Assembly (NCBI GenBank): GCA_002633005.1
Contig: NMRA01000688.1
Location: 1 to 64,000, forward strand
DNA from: Phoronis australis
Taxonomy: Eukaryota; Animalia; Phoronida
Length of the DNA stretch: 64,000 nucleotides
Direction of reading: 5' to 3'
The position numbers and the translations under genes are program-made. Of this stretch, positions 28,401 through 38,959 are shown piece after piece (the stretch's first letter is position 1; the number at the start of each line of letters is the position of its first letter). The notes under the pieces are model-generated. The model did not search any database, was not told the DNA's origin, and was given only the letters and a program-made list of their open reading frames with translations.

Positions 28401-31400
28401 AGACATGTTAAATAACCATGATAATTTCCTTGGTCATGTTTACTTCCTGATTTGAAAATTGGCAATATTATGCATCCATTCCACTGAGATGAATACATCA
28501 GTGTCAAAAATCCTTTTGTACAAAGTGTCTGATTAAAAGTGAACTAATCGCAGGTATTGCACATCTCAAAAATTCTACGGACATTATTTCACTTCTGGAT
28601 TCCTGCAGTTTAGCAAACTTCATCCAACCAAGGCTCATAATGACTTCCTTGTCATGTTTTGAATGGCAACTTTGTACTTGTAATTTGTGGCAAGGTTTGG
28701 ATCCATTACTGTCCTTTGATATTTGTTACAAACTATACACATCTTTAATCTCGACTTATTTGGGGAAATATGTGCTCCTGATCTTGACTTACTGGTATGC
28801 ATAAAGTACATGTCAGAGCTTATGATGTTGGCGTGAGTATTTCTTAAAGGTATCTCGAACCTTATTTAGTGACCTCTACTCTGACTCCTATATCAAAAAA
28901 ACATTTTTTTTTCAGCTCGTANGCTGTGCTAATCTCGTATGTTGGTAAATTTGTTTTTAATTCTATGTTTCTGTGGTGCTTTAAGCAACTGGTGTATAGG
29001 ATGTGCTTGTATTATGAAGATTACTCACATTTTGCCCCTAGCCTATTGAGGAGACAATGACCATGCCTTTCCTTTTGCTAAGTACAACATACCGTACTAC
29101 ATATATGCCCTCTACTGGCCACTTTATGGTACCAATAAACAACCCTAGAAGGATACCGTATGCGGTGCAATTGTGGGCGCATTTCAACGCTCTGCGTTGC
29201 TCTTGTTTATATCTTGATTGTGGAAATTTCTTCAGGTACAGGCTTAATGTTTTTTATTTGTTGCACAGAGTTTTCCATCGGACAAGAACGGACTATACCT
29301 GTGCATATCCAAGAAAAACAAAAACGTATGCAAGATGGAAGTTCAAAGAAGAAGCCTGCCAAGCTGAACAAAAAGTCGCGAAAAATTAACATTTCCAAAA
29401 CTTGTGAAAATAGTGCATGTGCTGTAGCTGATAAAGAAAGGTGAGAAAATCTGAATTTGGATTTTGTGTTGTGCTTAAGGCAGGATCCTACAAAATGTGT
29501 AAATTTGGCAAATTTTGAAACATGATAGAAACTATTTGTAGAAAATTACACTTTATTATATTATTTGTGGCTAGATTTGATAGAGATACCGCTCTTAGTA
29601 GTTTTTGGAAATTTCCTGATAGGCTTCGATTCATTATTTTTTGTAATAAAGTGTACCAGAGAACAGATGCTGAGTAGTTTTATGTGTTTATAGTCTTAAC
29701 ACGCCGACAGGAGGCACGTTCTAAGACGAGGCTCGCTACGATAGTTCTGTTGGCTTATTGGCATAGTTGTATTCGGCGTTGCTCGAACAACTCAAAAAAA
29801 TACGGACATTCAACTGTCCATTTTACAATCCCTAAGGACGTTGAGATTTATAAGCGTTGGCTCGTTGCCATACGCCGCGATTAAGGAAAATATGTCCGTG
29901 TAAAATTTACTAATGTTTTTGAAAAGTTAGATCATGTTTTGTCGCATCTCGGTTGCCGAGCATCATAGCAACAACCGGAGAATCTTTGGCCAGCCAGGCT
30001 GTCTTTTCATGACTAGGGGTTTAAACATAATGCATTTTTCTTTCCAAAAAGGACAGGGCCCTCAATACCTCGATTTTGGGGCCGAATATCGGCCCTATTC
30101 CTCTCTCAAAAATATTGAAAAATCACACGAAATTCCACCCACGAGGCCTAATAATTCTCCTAGTGATTGAAAATTTCTCTTCGAAGTTCAAATCACCTAA
30201 CCACTCAGGTGACAATTTGAAAGAGCACAAAATGCCACTTGAGACAGAGCCTATGAGAACTTGCAACAGGGCAGGGTGCTATTGATGGTGATAAGGATGT
30301 TGATTTTCCCCCTCACTCAGCGACAAAATTCCCCTTTCAGAAGGCACAGGCACCTTTCCTCTCGGATGAACATAGTTAACTGATATTAATTAACACATTT
30401 GTTCATAAATTTAATTATCGATTTATAATAAATCGTTACATAATTCTAACATTTTTCATCAAAAGTGTTACAGATACGATGTCGTTTGCGCCACCTACTA
30501 GTGGCCATTTTTACTGTTTTCGAGTCTGTTTTTTGACGTCCAACCCTCTGTCAACCAAACCGCACTAAGCATGATTGTGAAAATTGGCATGTGTGTTCTT
30601 ACTATGAAGAGGACAGATGACGATTTTCCGACGACTTCAACAACTGTGGCGCTTCCTAGTGGCAGTTTTGTTTTTTTTTGCGCCTATGGCTGTTTCTCCT
30701 AAACTGTTTGCAGCATCCTTTCTAAATTTGATAAGTGCATTTATATGATATTGACAATGGACAGATCTTAAAACTGGTGTGCCACCTAGTGGCAATTTTA
30801 TTTTTTTACGTTTACCTCTGTATCTTCAAAGGTCCTCAGTGTAATTTCATAAAATTTGGCGTATTGGCTTCTGGTAGTGAGGTGACGCTATCTTTCCATT
30901 TTCAGATGGATTCGAAATTGTTTAGGCCATCTAGTGGCCATTTTTACTGTTTTCGAGTCTGTTTTTTGGCGTCCACCCTTCTATCAACCAAACCGCTTTC
31001 AGGATAATTATGAAAATTAGCATATATGTTTTTACTATGAAGTGGACGGCTGACGATGATTTTCTGATGACTTCGACTATTGTGGCGCCTCCTTGTTGTA
31101 GTTTCTTTTTTGGGCCCATAGCTAACCGTTTGCAGGATCTTCACTAAATTTATGAAGTGTATTTATATGATGTTGACAACAGAGGACGATGATTTTGGGA
31201 TGGATCTGACTACTGGTATGCCCCCTGGTGGCAATTTTAGTTTTACGTTTATCTCTATAGCTTCAGAGGTCCTCAACAAATTTTCATAAAATTTTGAATT
31301 CGGGCATCTATTGGTGAGATGACAATATCCTCCTGTTTTCGGATGGAATCAAGATACTTGGCACCACCTAGTGGCCATTTTTGCTTTTTTCGAGTCTGTT

Positions 31401-33047
31401 TTTGGCGTCTACCTCTCTATCATATCAACCAAATCATCACGGATTTCTATGAAATTTGGTGTATAGCTTTCTTTTAAAGAAGCAACAACATGTTCTCGTT
31501 TTTGGACGGATTGTATGGTTTTGCGCCATCTAGTGCCATTTTATGACACAAATAAGTAATACCCTAAAAGCACACCATTTGCGATGCATTTGTGGACGCA
31601 TTTCAACGCTCTAAGTTGCTCTTGTTTTCAATTACGAGCCTGGTAATTTATTTTAATAAAAAATATGTTTAATAACATCAATTATTTTTTCAGATCAATT
31701 ACAAATCAACTGTTAGTCCCGGTAGTGCCTGCCTTACTGGCACCTAAGCTATGTTTGATCAACAAATTAAACCAGATGAGACTAATTACACATGACAGCA
31801 AAATGCGATGAGCCACCGCTGTCGAATACATCTTCAACTCGTCAACAATACGAGCAGATGACGTAGTTCGTGTAGAAAACATTTATTAACAGTTTACAAG
31901 AAGTAACGTAACCCTGCATTCACCATAATACCTAATCCTTAACACCACGATTGCTGCAATTTAGTCCTATTTACTTTTTATGTTTCGAACCTAGTTTTCT
32001 GAAAAATAACTTGTACTCTTTCGTCAGACAACTCTTTGACTTTTTTGTGGTTAGAGACACATTTTTAAGCTTTAATATCCAGGTTGGACTCGAAAGACCG
32101 GCCATTTAACTCACGCAATGTCAACTTCCGCTTTGTTTATCACAGTGAGCCTCGCTTTGGATTTGAATGTCCGCCGCGTGAATTAGGTCTACTTATGGTC
32201 AGTGTGTTGACTATTGAAATTGTACACATGAGTGGACTCAGTGTCTCAAAATGGTTTCATAAACTATTGTTGTTCCATCTCTGGTTCTGATTTCAGAATC
32301 TAATTAACCAAATTAACAGACACTCCTTAATTACAAACCACTTATACTTAAAGATTTTACATTGTATTATGAACAAGAACCATATCATAAGCCAATTACA
32401 TATTTATATTCTAAGATTGGTTTTACAATAGATTTCTCTCCATTTTCCATTTCCCTCTAACATCTTCCTCCCTTCAGTTCCCCTATTCTTATTCCCCTCC
32501 CCCTTCTTGTTCCTGTCCACCTGTAGGTTCCAGCCCTCATTCCCCTGTTGCCCCTCACACTCCTCTTCACCTGTAGGTTTACCCCTCATTCTCTCCCCTT
32601 GCATTCTTGTCCACCTGTAGGTTTCCCCTACTAGGGCCTAGTCACTACTCTCCCCCCTCGTATCCCAGGTTCCACGACTCCTCATTCCCCCACCCCCTCA
32701 CACTCCTCTTCACCTGTAGGTTTCACCCTCACTCTCCTCTCCCCTTACACTCTTGTCCACCTGTAGGTTCCCCCCTCCTCACTACCCTCCCCCCCTCGCA
32801 TCCCAGGTTCCACCACTCCTCACTCCCCCACTCCCCTCATGCTCTCCTCCCCATTCTTTCTCAAGAAATTCCTGAAAAAGTGGAATGGCTTTTCTGAGCT
32901 TGTCTTGGTCTTGTTTCTAGCAGTGCTGCTTCGGTATGGAAAGAGGAATTGCAAAACATCGTTCAGTCATTTTTGGTTAGTGAAAATGAAACAGTTCATC
33001 CATTCCCAGCCTCACTGACTTCTGAACAACGCTTCTTTGTTCACGAG
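7240..33047 (+). CDS. IGHMBP2: IGHMBP2/SMUBP-2 UPF1-like SF1 helicase, 14 coding exons, 3'-incomplete in this window
   Basis: GT-AG exons of 164, 164, 196, 104, 161, 201, 225, 98, 183, 214, 124, 177, 172 and 127 nt join in frame (2310 nt). Motifs: [25 protein letters not shown], Walker [76 protein letters not shown] and the start of R3H. Confidence 0.95.
7980..8143 (+). CDS. IGHMBP2: IGHMBP2 coding exon 2
   Basis: [32 protein letters not shown]; ttttcctag acceptor, CAG|GTAGT donor. Confidence 0.92.
8678..8873 (+). CDS. IGHMBP2: IGHMBP2 coding exon 3
   Basis: GDIVGL...[16 protein letters not shown]; phases fit both neighbouring exons. Confidence 0.92.
9712..9815 (+). CDS. IGHMBP2: IGHMBP2 coding exon 4
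   Basis: [28 protein letters not shown]; cag acceptor, G|GTAACT donor. Confidence 0.88.
11448..11608 (+). CDS. IGHMBP2: IGHMBP2 coding exon 5 (Q motif, Walker A)
   Basis: [37 protein letters not shown]. Confidence 0.95.
11969..12169 (+). CDS. IGHMBP2: IGHMBP2 coding exon 6
   Basis: [18 protein letters not shown]...RLGHPARLL...HSLDA. Confidence 0.95.
12186..12250. repeat. 21-bp tandem repeat, 3 copies
   Basis: TATAATTGGAAGCCACTCATT. Confidence 0.9.
12313..13492 (-). mobile_element. Non-autonomous Kolobok-like DNA transposon with ~300-bp TIRs and a degenerate THAP ORF, in IGHMBP2 intron 6
   Basis: TTAA|AGGCGAAGGCAACC ... GGTTGCGTTCGCCT|TTAA; [24 protein letters not shown] remnant. Confidence 0.85.
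13891..14068. repeat. 57-bp tandem repeat, 3 copies
   Basis: ATGAGACTGAGGCTATGAGGTAATTAG...GGGCCCTCTTG unit. Confidence 0.9.
14693..14917 (+). CDS. IGHMBP2: IGHMBP2 coding exon 7 (Walker B)
   Basis: [20 protein letters not shown]...[11 protein letters not shown]. Confidence 0.93.
15022..15210. repeat. 51-bp tandem repeat, about 4 copies (one partial)
   Basis: TTGAATGACAGCTAACTGCTGAAGTACTTTGTTGAAGGGCAGTTTAGTTTG. Confidence 0.88.
15728..15825 (+). CDS. IGHMBP2: IGHMBP2 coding exon 8
   Basis: [29 protein letters not shown]; AA|GTAAGT donor. Confidence 0.94.
16354..16536 (+). CDS. IGHMBP2: IGHMBP2 coding exon 9
   Basis: [25 protein letters not shown]. Confidence 0.94.
18321..18534 (+). CDS. 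IGHMBP2: IGHMBP2 coding exon 10
   Basis: [10 protein letters not shown]...SKGNEGEA...[11 protein letters not shown]. Confidence 0.94.
19458..19581 (+). CDS. IGHMBP2: IGHMBP2 coding exon 11
   Basis: VDLLR...[25 protein letters not shown]; G|GTAAGT donor. Confidence 0.94.
19635..24062 (+). mobile_element. Nested cluster of Helentron-associated (HINE/DINE-1-like) elements with internal tandem repeats
   Basis: 5' TTATGCGCCCAC + ACATATTTATATGT hairpin + CGTC-like repeats at about 19635, 20291 and 21757. 3' GTGGGCGCAT + CAACGC..GCGTTG stem-loop + CTCTTGTT ending at about 22780, 23468 and 24062. Inserted in T-runs without a TSD. Confidence 0.8.
21716..23234. mobile_element. hAT-like MITE inside the HINE nest
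   Basis: AAGGCTTGGAAT ... ATTCCAAGCCCTG termini; TTCCGCG subterminal motifs. Confidence 0.55.
24782..26273. mobile_element. Non-autonomous hAT element
   Basis: CAGAGACTCATCTAG / CTAGATGAGTCCCTG TIRs with an 8-bp TSD (GTTCATGT vs TTTCATGT, 7/8 match). Confidence 0.78.
26570..26746 (+). CDS. IGHMBP2: IGHMBP2 coding exon 12 (helicase motif VI)
   Basis: [28 protein letters not shown]...GDVRSAHEY. Confidence 0.94.
28020..28350. repeat. 18-bp minisatellite, about 18 copies
   Basis: CACCTGAATAGTTGTATT / CACCTCAATAGTTGTATT. Confidence 0.95.
28923..29208 (+). mobile_element. 3' end of a HINE copy (5' part lost at the N28922 join)
   Basis: Closely matches about 22562-22780 but has an extra ~65 bp and a different 3' flank. 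Confidence 0.65.
29269..29440 (+). CDS. IGHMBP2: Probable IGHMBP2 coding exon 13 (Lys-rich linker)
   Basis: Good acceptor (tttttatttgttgcacag) and donor (AG|GTGAGA). The open frame bridges phase 1 to phase 2 as required. No conserved motif recognised. Confidence 0.7.
29479..29900 (+). mobile_element. THAP-domain remnant of a probable third TTAA element (right end not located)
   Basis: [33 protein letters not shown]; TTAA|GG candidate left end at 29475-29480. Confidence 0.5.
30480..31626 (+). mobile_element. 5'-truncated HINE copy
   Basis: Same CCTAGTGGC-bearing units; ends GTGGACGCATTTCAACGCTCTAAGTTGCTCTTGTT. Confidence 0.75.
32440..32860. repeat. C/T-rich low-complexity repeat with recurring CACCTGTAGGTT
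   Basis: Polypyrimidine tract just upstream of the R3H exon. Confidence 0.8.
32921..33047 (+). CDS. IGHMBP2: IGHMBP2 coding exon 14: N-terminal half of the R3H domain
   Basis: [34 protein letters not shown] matches the R3H pattern FPxxL...RxxxH. TAG/CAG tandem acceptor; GAG|GTAGGT donor. Confidence 0.85.
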
Positions 33048-34984
33048 GTAGGTAAACATGTTGTATGTCCTATTCTATTCTTTGCCTGTGTGACAAGTGA
33101 ATAAAATTTTTAATTTTAGCAAGTAAAACTTTTAAGTCATACTGTCTAATAATTTATATAATAGGCACTTTCCTGTGTTGTTGGCGAGTTATATATTAAA
33201 TATTTACAATTTACTTGATTTTTTTCTGGTTTTGTTTACTTAAGACATCTAAATCTTATGATGTAGTCGTCTTGGTGTCTTATAGTGCTTTCAACTGCTC
33301 GGGTTTCATTTGCAGGTACAATAGAAGATTGATTGATTCAATGCTTAATGATAAGTTCCAACTTTTATATTATAAGTTGAGGCTACAATATATAAATAAG
33401 GATTGTGTGAACTCGAGGCTTTTGTATAAGCTTAAAAATGACATTGGGGCAGACTGAAAAGGGCAGTTCACCTGGTGGCCGAATATAAAACTTTTTTGAA
33501 TATTTTTACAAATACCTGGACCGGTTTGATATGCATACAAGACCAGTGATAAATTAGAGTTTTCAAGCTGCTTCAAGTGAAAGAGTACGAGAAGGGAGGA
33601 GATACTTTGTCAACAAAAGCATGATTTAGTAGGAATTGTGTGGAAAAAGATAGTAGGAGAAGTAGGACAAAAGTGACCTCAATTCTGGATTATTTTTCCC
33701 TGACTTTTACCAGAGAAACCTCATATCACAATCGGGACACACTACAGGGCCATTGATATTCAATTTCTTTAAAATCTGATCCATTCGTCCGCCTTAAGTT
33801 TGTTTCTCTGGCCTACTGCGGACCCTCTCCACATTGAACTACAGTCATTTGCAACTCTATAAAAACACACTTGAAACAATTTGAGCAAGCCTCGTGAAAA
33901 TATAAGAAATATTGGAGCTGAAATTTGGGTTGTTCCGTGCTCCTTGAGACATGCGACTGATCAACATTTACCAAATCATTGGAGTCATAATTTCTGCCCT
34001 GAAATACCATAGATCACATAAGGTCAATTTCAGTTCCAGTCTCATTGAGTATTTCTATAGACTAAGTGTACAAAGATGTAATGACAACTACTTGTCTGAA
34101 CAATTTGTTATGGTAATGAAGTAATGACGCCTTTCATTTAGACATGCAAGAAGCATGCACCAATGGAACTCTGTAGTTTGATGAAGTCTGATGCAGTTCC
34201 ATTAAATAGAGTTAATCTCATCCCTATCGCACCCTCTGTAGAAGCCGGAATGGCAAGCAACCAAAATTTATTAAATTAGGCACATGCTAATATAAATTAC
34301 CAAATTTGTGTGCTGAGATGGTTGGAATTGTTGCGGAAAACCTAAGAAACATCAAACGTGGAGTTAGTCTTCCATCCTGTTGTGTCCATCCTGTTGTGTC
34401 CATTCACCCTGTACGTGCTATATGGTATTCTAAATTTTATTCTTAAGTGTTTTTATAGATGAGATGAAAAACAATGCAATTGTGGTTACACTGGTCACAG
34501 ACAAGATAAAAAATACTCTGGGTTTCATTTTCAATGAAATACATATAAAATAGATTTTTATTGCAAAACATCTTTATTAAAACATGTTCTCAGAAGATCA
34601 GAAGATGTTTTTTACACCTGACACCATATTTGTCAAAAATGAACAGAACACAATATACTAATTTTGTAAGTCTTAACTACACTTAAATGATTAAATCCTC
34701 GTCAATGTGATTATTTTTGCAGACCGCTGAAGACATTGCCAAATATAGCCGGACACATGATACCCAGTATAGTTATTGGCTTCCTTGTATTGATCAGATA
34801 AACAACATTAGTAATTTGGGCTAAACCTCTTTTGAATTAGGTTTTGTCTATCAGCCAAAGATTCCTTACTCCAGCATCTGTGGTGAAAGGGTCAGTAAGA
34901 GAAGGGCTAATTGTTTTCCCACTGAAAACAGCATAACTGATGTTGATTTTTAGACAAGTTTGACTACTGTGGCAAATTGGCATT

Positions 34985-35342
34985 TTTTTGCCTTTGCAGC
35001 TGCATCCCCTAAACCCTTAAACGACTTGTAGATTATTTTTGTGAAATTTTTCCATGGTATTCCTATGAATGTGGCAACAGATGGTGACTTATTTTAGATG
35101 TATCTGACTACCACTGTGTCTCGTAGTTCTATGTTTTACATTTGCTGCTGTATCTTCAAGTTGCCGGATTTTCATGAAATTTTGCAAATAGGTAACTATA
35201 AAAGAGGTGACGAGGCTTTACCATTTTTGGATGAGTTCGACTTGTTCTGTACCACATAGTGGCTTTCTTTAAGACTAATAAACATCCTTAGAAGTGTACC
35301 ATGTGAGGTGCAGTGGCATGTTTCGACTCTGCATTTCTCTTG
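34985..35342 (+). mobile_element. Degenerate short HINE copy
   Basis: Recognisable unit motifs and 3' end (taaacatccttagaagtgtacc...catttctcttgt). Confidence 0.5.
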
Positions 35343-36226
35343 TACATTAATTAGCCAGCTAAATGAGGTGAAATTCAGCTTTAACATATTGTTATATTCA
35401 TCAGATATCGTTGCATTTTATAGGTGTCTTGGCATGCAAGTTATTGTCGCAAAATAGTTGCAGGTGCGCGCCCAACTTTGTACAAATTCTAATTGACCAA
35501 AAATGTAGAAGGGTGAGCTCATCTCCGTGTTTCAATCTCTTTTTGGTCTACAGACCGGGTAGTTCTTGAAGCTGATTGGTCTGATGTCTCCATAAATTGA
35601 CCCAGTTAAATACGAAGATATTGGTTCACTTGCCACAGGTGAAAAAAACATAGTCTTTGAAAATGTGAGATGGAGCCAGCAACTTGCATCTTTTATCTTG
35701 GAGATATAAAATGATTAAAGCTGCATTTCGGTCTGTTTAGCTGTACAAGTGTTAAATTTTTAACCATAGCATTTTAATGTTTAAAGAACTTATTTTGTCA
35801 CTTTTGTTCGATCCTGAGTTGCTGCTGAATTAGCCAGCGAGCTCAAGTCACAGATAGTTTTAGTGTTGTCCACTCACAGTAAACAATGAAGCGATTTCTT
35901 GAGTCGCTTATGGTTTCAATGTTCTTGTTGGTAACAGAAAAAGGATTCTATATTTTGAGACAGATTTTGTTGGAGTGAAAAGCCTCATTTGATTTTTGTT
36001 GTTTTTAGCCAGTTGAACAGCGAAATGCAACTTTAATTTGTAACAGTCGATTTATTATGAAGACACCAATGCTTGGTTTTCGCTATAACATTGTGTAGTT
36101 GAGGCTGCAATCACCTGTTGTTTGATCTGGCAGTGAACATATTGAGTGAACATGGTTAAACCTTCAAGCACTAAACACAAGTAGATGAACGAGTATGTGC
36201 AGCATACTCTTGTCTCGATTGCCATG

Positions 36227-38959
36227 TTATGTTAGGAGTGGAGTTTGAGAGCCTACTGGGACAGTCTGCTTCTGTTCCAGCAGAGCTAGTTTTAGTTTCT
36301 TCCAGAACTGGTCTCTTTCACGCACACCGTCACCATCACCACTCGGCCATTCTATATATGTTACGTGTCTCATGAAACATTTCAATTTGGACTTGAGTTG
36401 CTTCTTTGGGATTTTCTCCAACATCACCATGACGATGAACTGTCGCTTGACCTTGAGCAATTTCATTAGTGCCATCTCCAATTCAAACCCTCCCCATTCA
36501 CTGTTCAGGAACTTGTTGGTCATGACAAAGATGACACTGTGGCTGTCGTTCATACTGTTTACAATGTTTTCTCTGATCAACTCTCCAGCACAGAAATCAC
36601 GATGGTGGATGCACAGTTTCAATTGACAATCTTGTCCTTCTTCCAACTCTGGCATTAAACGATTTTTCACCCAAGATAAATCGTCGATGTTGTAACATAC
36701 CATGGCATCGTAGACGCTATTTCCACTGGCCATTTTATTTCTGAATTTGTACTTGAAGTAGTACCAGTACTTTATGTCCAACCTGTAGTGTGCCAGAACA
36801 AGTACAGGGGTAATCAAAAGTACAAGACCAATTGAAGCCAGTGCTATAACCACGTTGGTGTGTCCATCACACTTCATCCAAGGCAGTTGAAAGTTTCCTA
36901 TTGATATACTTTGTAGATTAGCCGGGTGGCTGCAATTGTCTAACTGTATAGAAATGTGAGTATTTTGGATCCAGTCTCGGAACAGTCTTAGCTGACAATT
37001 GCAATCAAATTTATTCCGTTGGAGGAAAATATTTTTCAGGTTTTGAAGTCCTTTAAAGTTAGATGGGTCAATAAAATTGATCAGATTGTCACTGAGGTAT
37101 AGATCTTGCAAAAGAACGAGACTGGAGAATACGTCTTGTTCTATTTTCTGCAGACTGTTGCTTGTCAAGTCTATGGTCTTTAGCTTGGACATATTGGCAA
37201 ATGTTTTCTCGTCCAAATTAGTTATCTTATTGCTTGACAAGTTTAATGTGATGAGACTGGGCATTTGGATTCTTCGCAAAGGTTCTTCTTCCAGTGAATT
37301 AAAACCATTGTCAGCAGCATTAAAATGTTTCAAAATTTGAAATGGAACATGTCCCTTGAACTGTGCTATTATCTTCAGCCTTTCAACACAAGGCGGGCAG
37401 TTGGCGATCTCCATTACTTCAATATGCTTGCCTGGAATTAGCTTGAGGCAGTTCAGTGTGTAACCCATACACATCATGTGGTTGGCAACGAAACTCTCCA
37501 AACCAGATACGGTCACACTCAGCTCATTCACTGTGCTGTCAGATATGTCCAGGTTCTTCAGTTTTTCATTGTTAAATATTGCGTAGTTACCGTTGGGCCA
37601 CTTGCCCATACCATTCAGTTTTAGGGTGTTTAGGGCAGGAAGTTTTCTTGCTGTTCTCAAAACGTTTTCCAAGGAGCGAGAATCATAAAAGTGACTCCCT
37701 GTGAGAATCAGTGTGCCAAGTTTGCGCAGATCATCAAAGGCGTGTTCATTCACAAAACCTATGTAGCAATAAGACACGTCAAGCTCCTCCAGATTTGTTA
37801 ATTCATTAAGAGCGTTCTGTGACATTCCACTGATACGTCCCTGCGTTACTGCAAACTTGTTGAGCGATGTCACTCGCAAGTAATTGAAATCATCTGCAGT
37901 TAAATTGACGTTGTGCCCAATGAGATTTAGTTCCTTTGTGGTTGTTTTTGACAGTTCTCGGAACAATGTCTTGAAGAAATCGGCCTGATACTCAACATTT
38001 TTTTGCAGTAGGCGTCCAATTGTAATTTCTTGTATGGTCGTGTTCGTTTCTACAAAATGGTCAAATGCAGTTTTCTCTATTCTAAGAATATAGTTATCAC
38101 TGATGTCAAGACTTAAAACTTTCATGTTATACTCATTAAAATCCTTTGAAGCTAATTCATAAAGAAGATTGTTCTGTAAGTTAATGGTAACATTGTTTGT
38201 TGGCAAACATCCTTGACCAATACTTAAAGACCTGATTTTATTATTGGAGAGATTTAACAGTCTCAGGTTTGATAACGGTAATAAACAGGGCATCACTTTC
38301 CAGTCATTGTTAGTGAAATCTACACTGTGAAGATTTGGTATAGAAGCGTCTGCATGGATCATTATGGACCCTCGGTCCAGTCTGTAGGTGCTCAGTGTGA
38401 GATGCTGGAGCTCGGGCAAGTGGCTTAATATCTTGCTGACATCTATGTGCTGTAAGTATTCATACTCCGTGCGGACATTTTTCGTGTGCGGGAAGATTCG
38501 AAGTGATTTCAGTTGTGGGAGGGATTCAAATGTTGTTGGGCAGACTTTGATTAGAACATGCTCTTGTTGAGAAGGTGTGAAATTGAGTGTCAGCTCTTGT
38601 AGATTGGACAGGCTGTCAAACACAGAGCCTTGTATGTTGCGACTGACATCACATAAGTTCAAAGACAGAATTCGGAGTTCTGCAAATCGACTTAAGCCAT
38701 TTTGATTGAGTTGCTCAAGCTTGCAGCTGTCAGTCAGTGTCAGTGAAATGATGCTCTTTGGCAGTGATGTTACCATGGCGTCATAAGATGGAAACATTTG
38801 ACTGTATGATTCAGCTTCGTTAAAGCTATAACTTGCTGTGCATCTGGTCAGGCACTGGGTTGAATTGTTCACTGATGCATACACTTGGCTTTGTGACATA
38901 ATAACAACTATTACTAGCTGTAGGAGACTACACCTTACCATTGGCACTCCAACTGTCAT
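36227..38959 (-). CDS. Toll-like receptor A (910 aa; signal peptide, LRRs, LRRCT, TM, TIR), single coding exon
   Basis: LxxLxLxxNxL repeats, NKFDCNCQL..FRDW LRRCT, hydrophobic TM segment, TIR box1 YDAMVCY, LCIHHRDF, FWKKLKLAL. A splice acceptor lies just upstream of the ATG (about 38972). Confidence 0.96.
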   Translation of the reverse strand: MTVGVPMVRCSLLQLVIVVIMSQSQVYASVNNSTQCLTRCTASYSFNEAESYSQMFPSYDAMVTSLPKSIISLTLTDSCKLEQLNQNGLSRFAELRILSLNLCDVSRNIQGSVFDSLSNLQELTLNFTPSQQEHVLIKVCPTTFESLPQLKSLRIFPHTKNVRTEYEYLQHIDVSKILSHLPELQHLTLSTYRLDRGSIMIHADASIPNLHSVDFTNNDWKVMPCLLPLSNLRLLNLSNNKIRSLSIGQGCLPTNNVTINLQNNLLYELASKDFNEYNMKVLSLDISDNYILRIEKTAFDHFVETNTTIQEITIGRLLQKNVEYQADFFKTLFRELSKTTTKELNLIGHNVNLTADDFNYLRVTSLNKFAVTQGRISGMSQNALNELTNLEELDVSYCYIGFVNEHAFDDLRKLGTLILTGSHFYDSRSLENVLRTARKLPALNTLKLNGMGKWPNGNYAIFNNEKLKNLDISDSTVNELSVTVSGLESFVANHMMCMGYTLNCLKLIPGKHIEVMEIANCPPCVERLKIIAQFKGHVPFQILKHFNAADNGFNSLEEEPLRRIQMPSLITLNLSSNKITNLDEKTFANMSKLKTIDLTSNSLQKIEQDVFSSLVLLQDLYLSDNLINFIDPSNFKGLQNLKNIFLQRNKFDCNCQLRLFRDWIQNTHISIQLDNCSHPANLQSISIGNFQLPWMKCDGHTNVVIALASIGLVLLITPVLVLAHYRLDIKYWYYFKYKFRNKMASGNSVYDAMVCYNIDDLSWVKNRLMPELEEGQDCQLKLCIHHRDFCAGELIRENIVNSMNDSHSVIFVMTNKFLNSEWGGFELEMALMKLLKVKRQFIVMVMLEKIPKKQLKSKLKCFMRHVTYIEWPSGDGDGVRERDQFWKKLKLALLEQKQTVPVGSQTPLLT

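Noticed and set aside
34723-34824. Phase-0 candidate terminal exon after the R3H donor (tttttgcag|TAEDIAKYSRTHDTQY...LG*)
   Set aside because: It lacks the GLxHxSxG pattern of the R3H C-terminal half and has no AN1 finger. Not called, but it cannot be excluded as an alternative truncating exon.
36372-38570. Short plus-strand ORFs over the TLR genes (also 53464-56351 and 62685-62993)
   Set aside because: They are antisense shadows of the TLR ORFs with no recognisable motifs.
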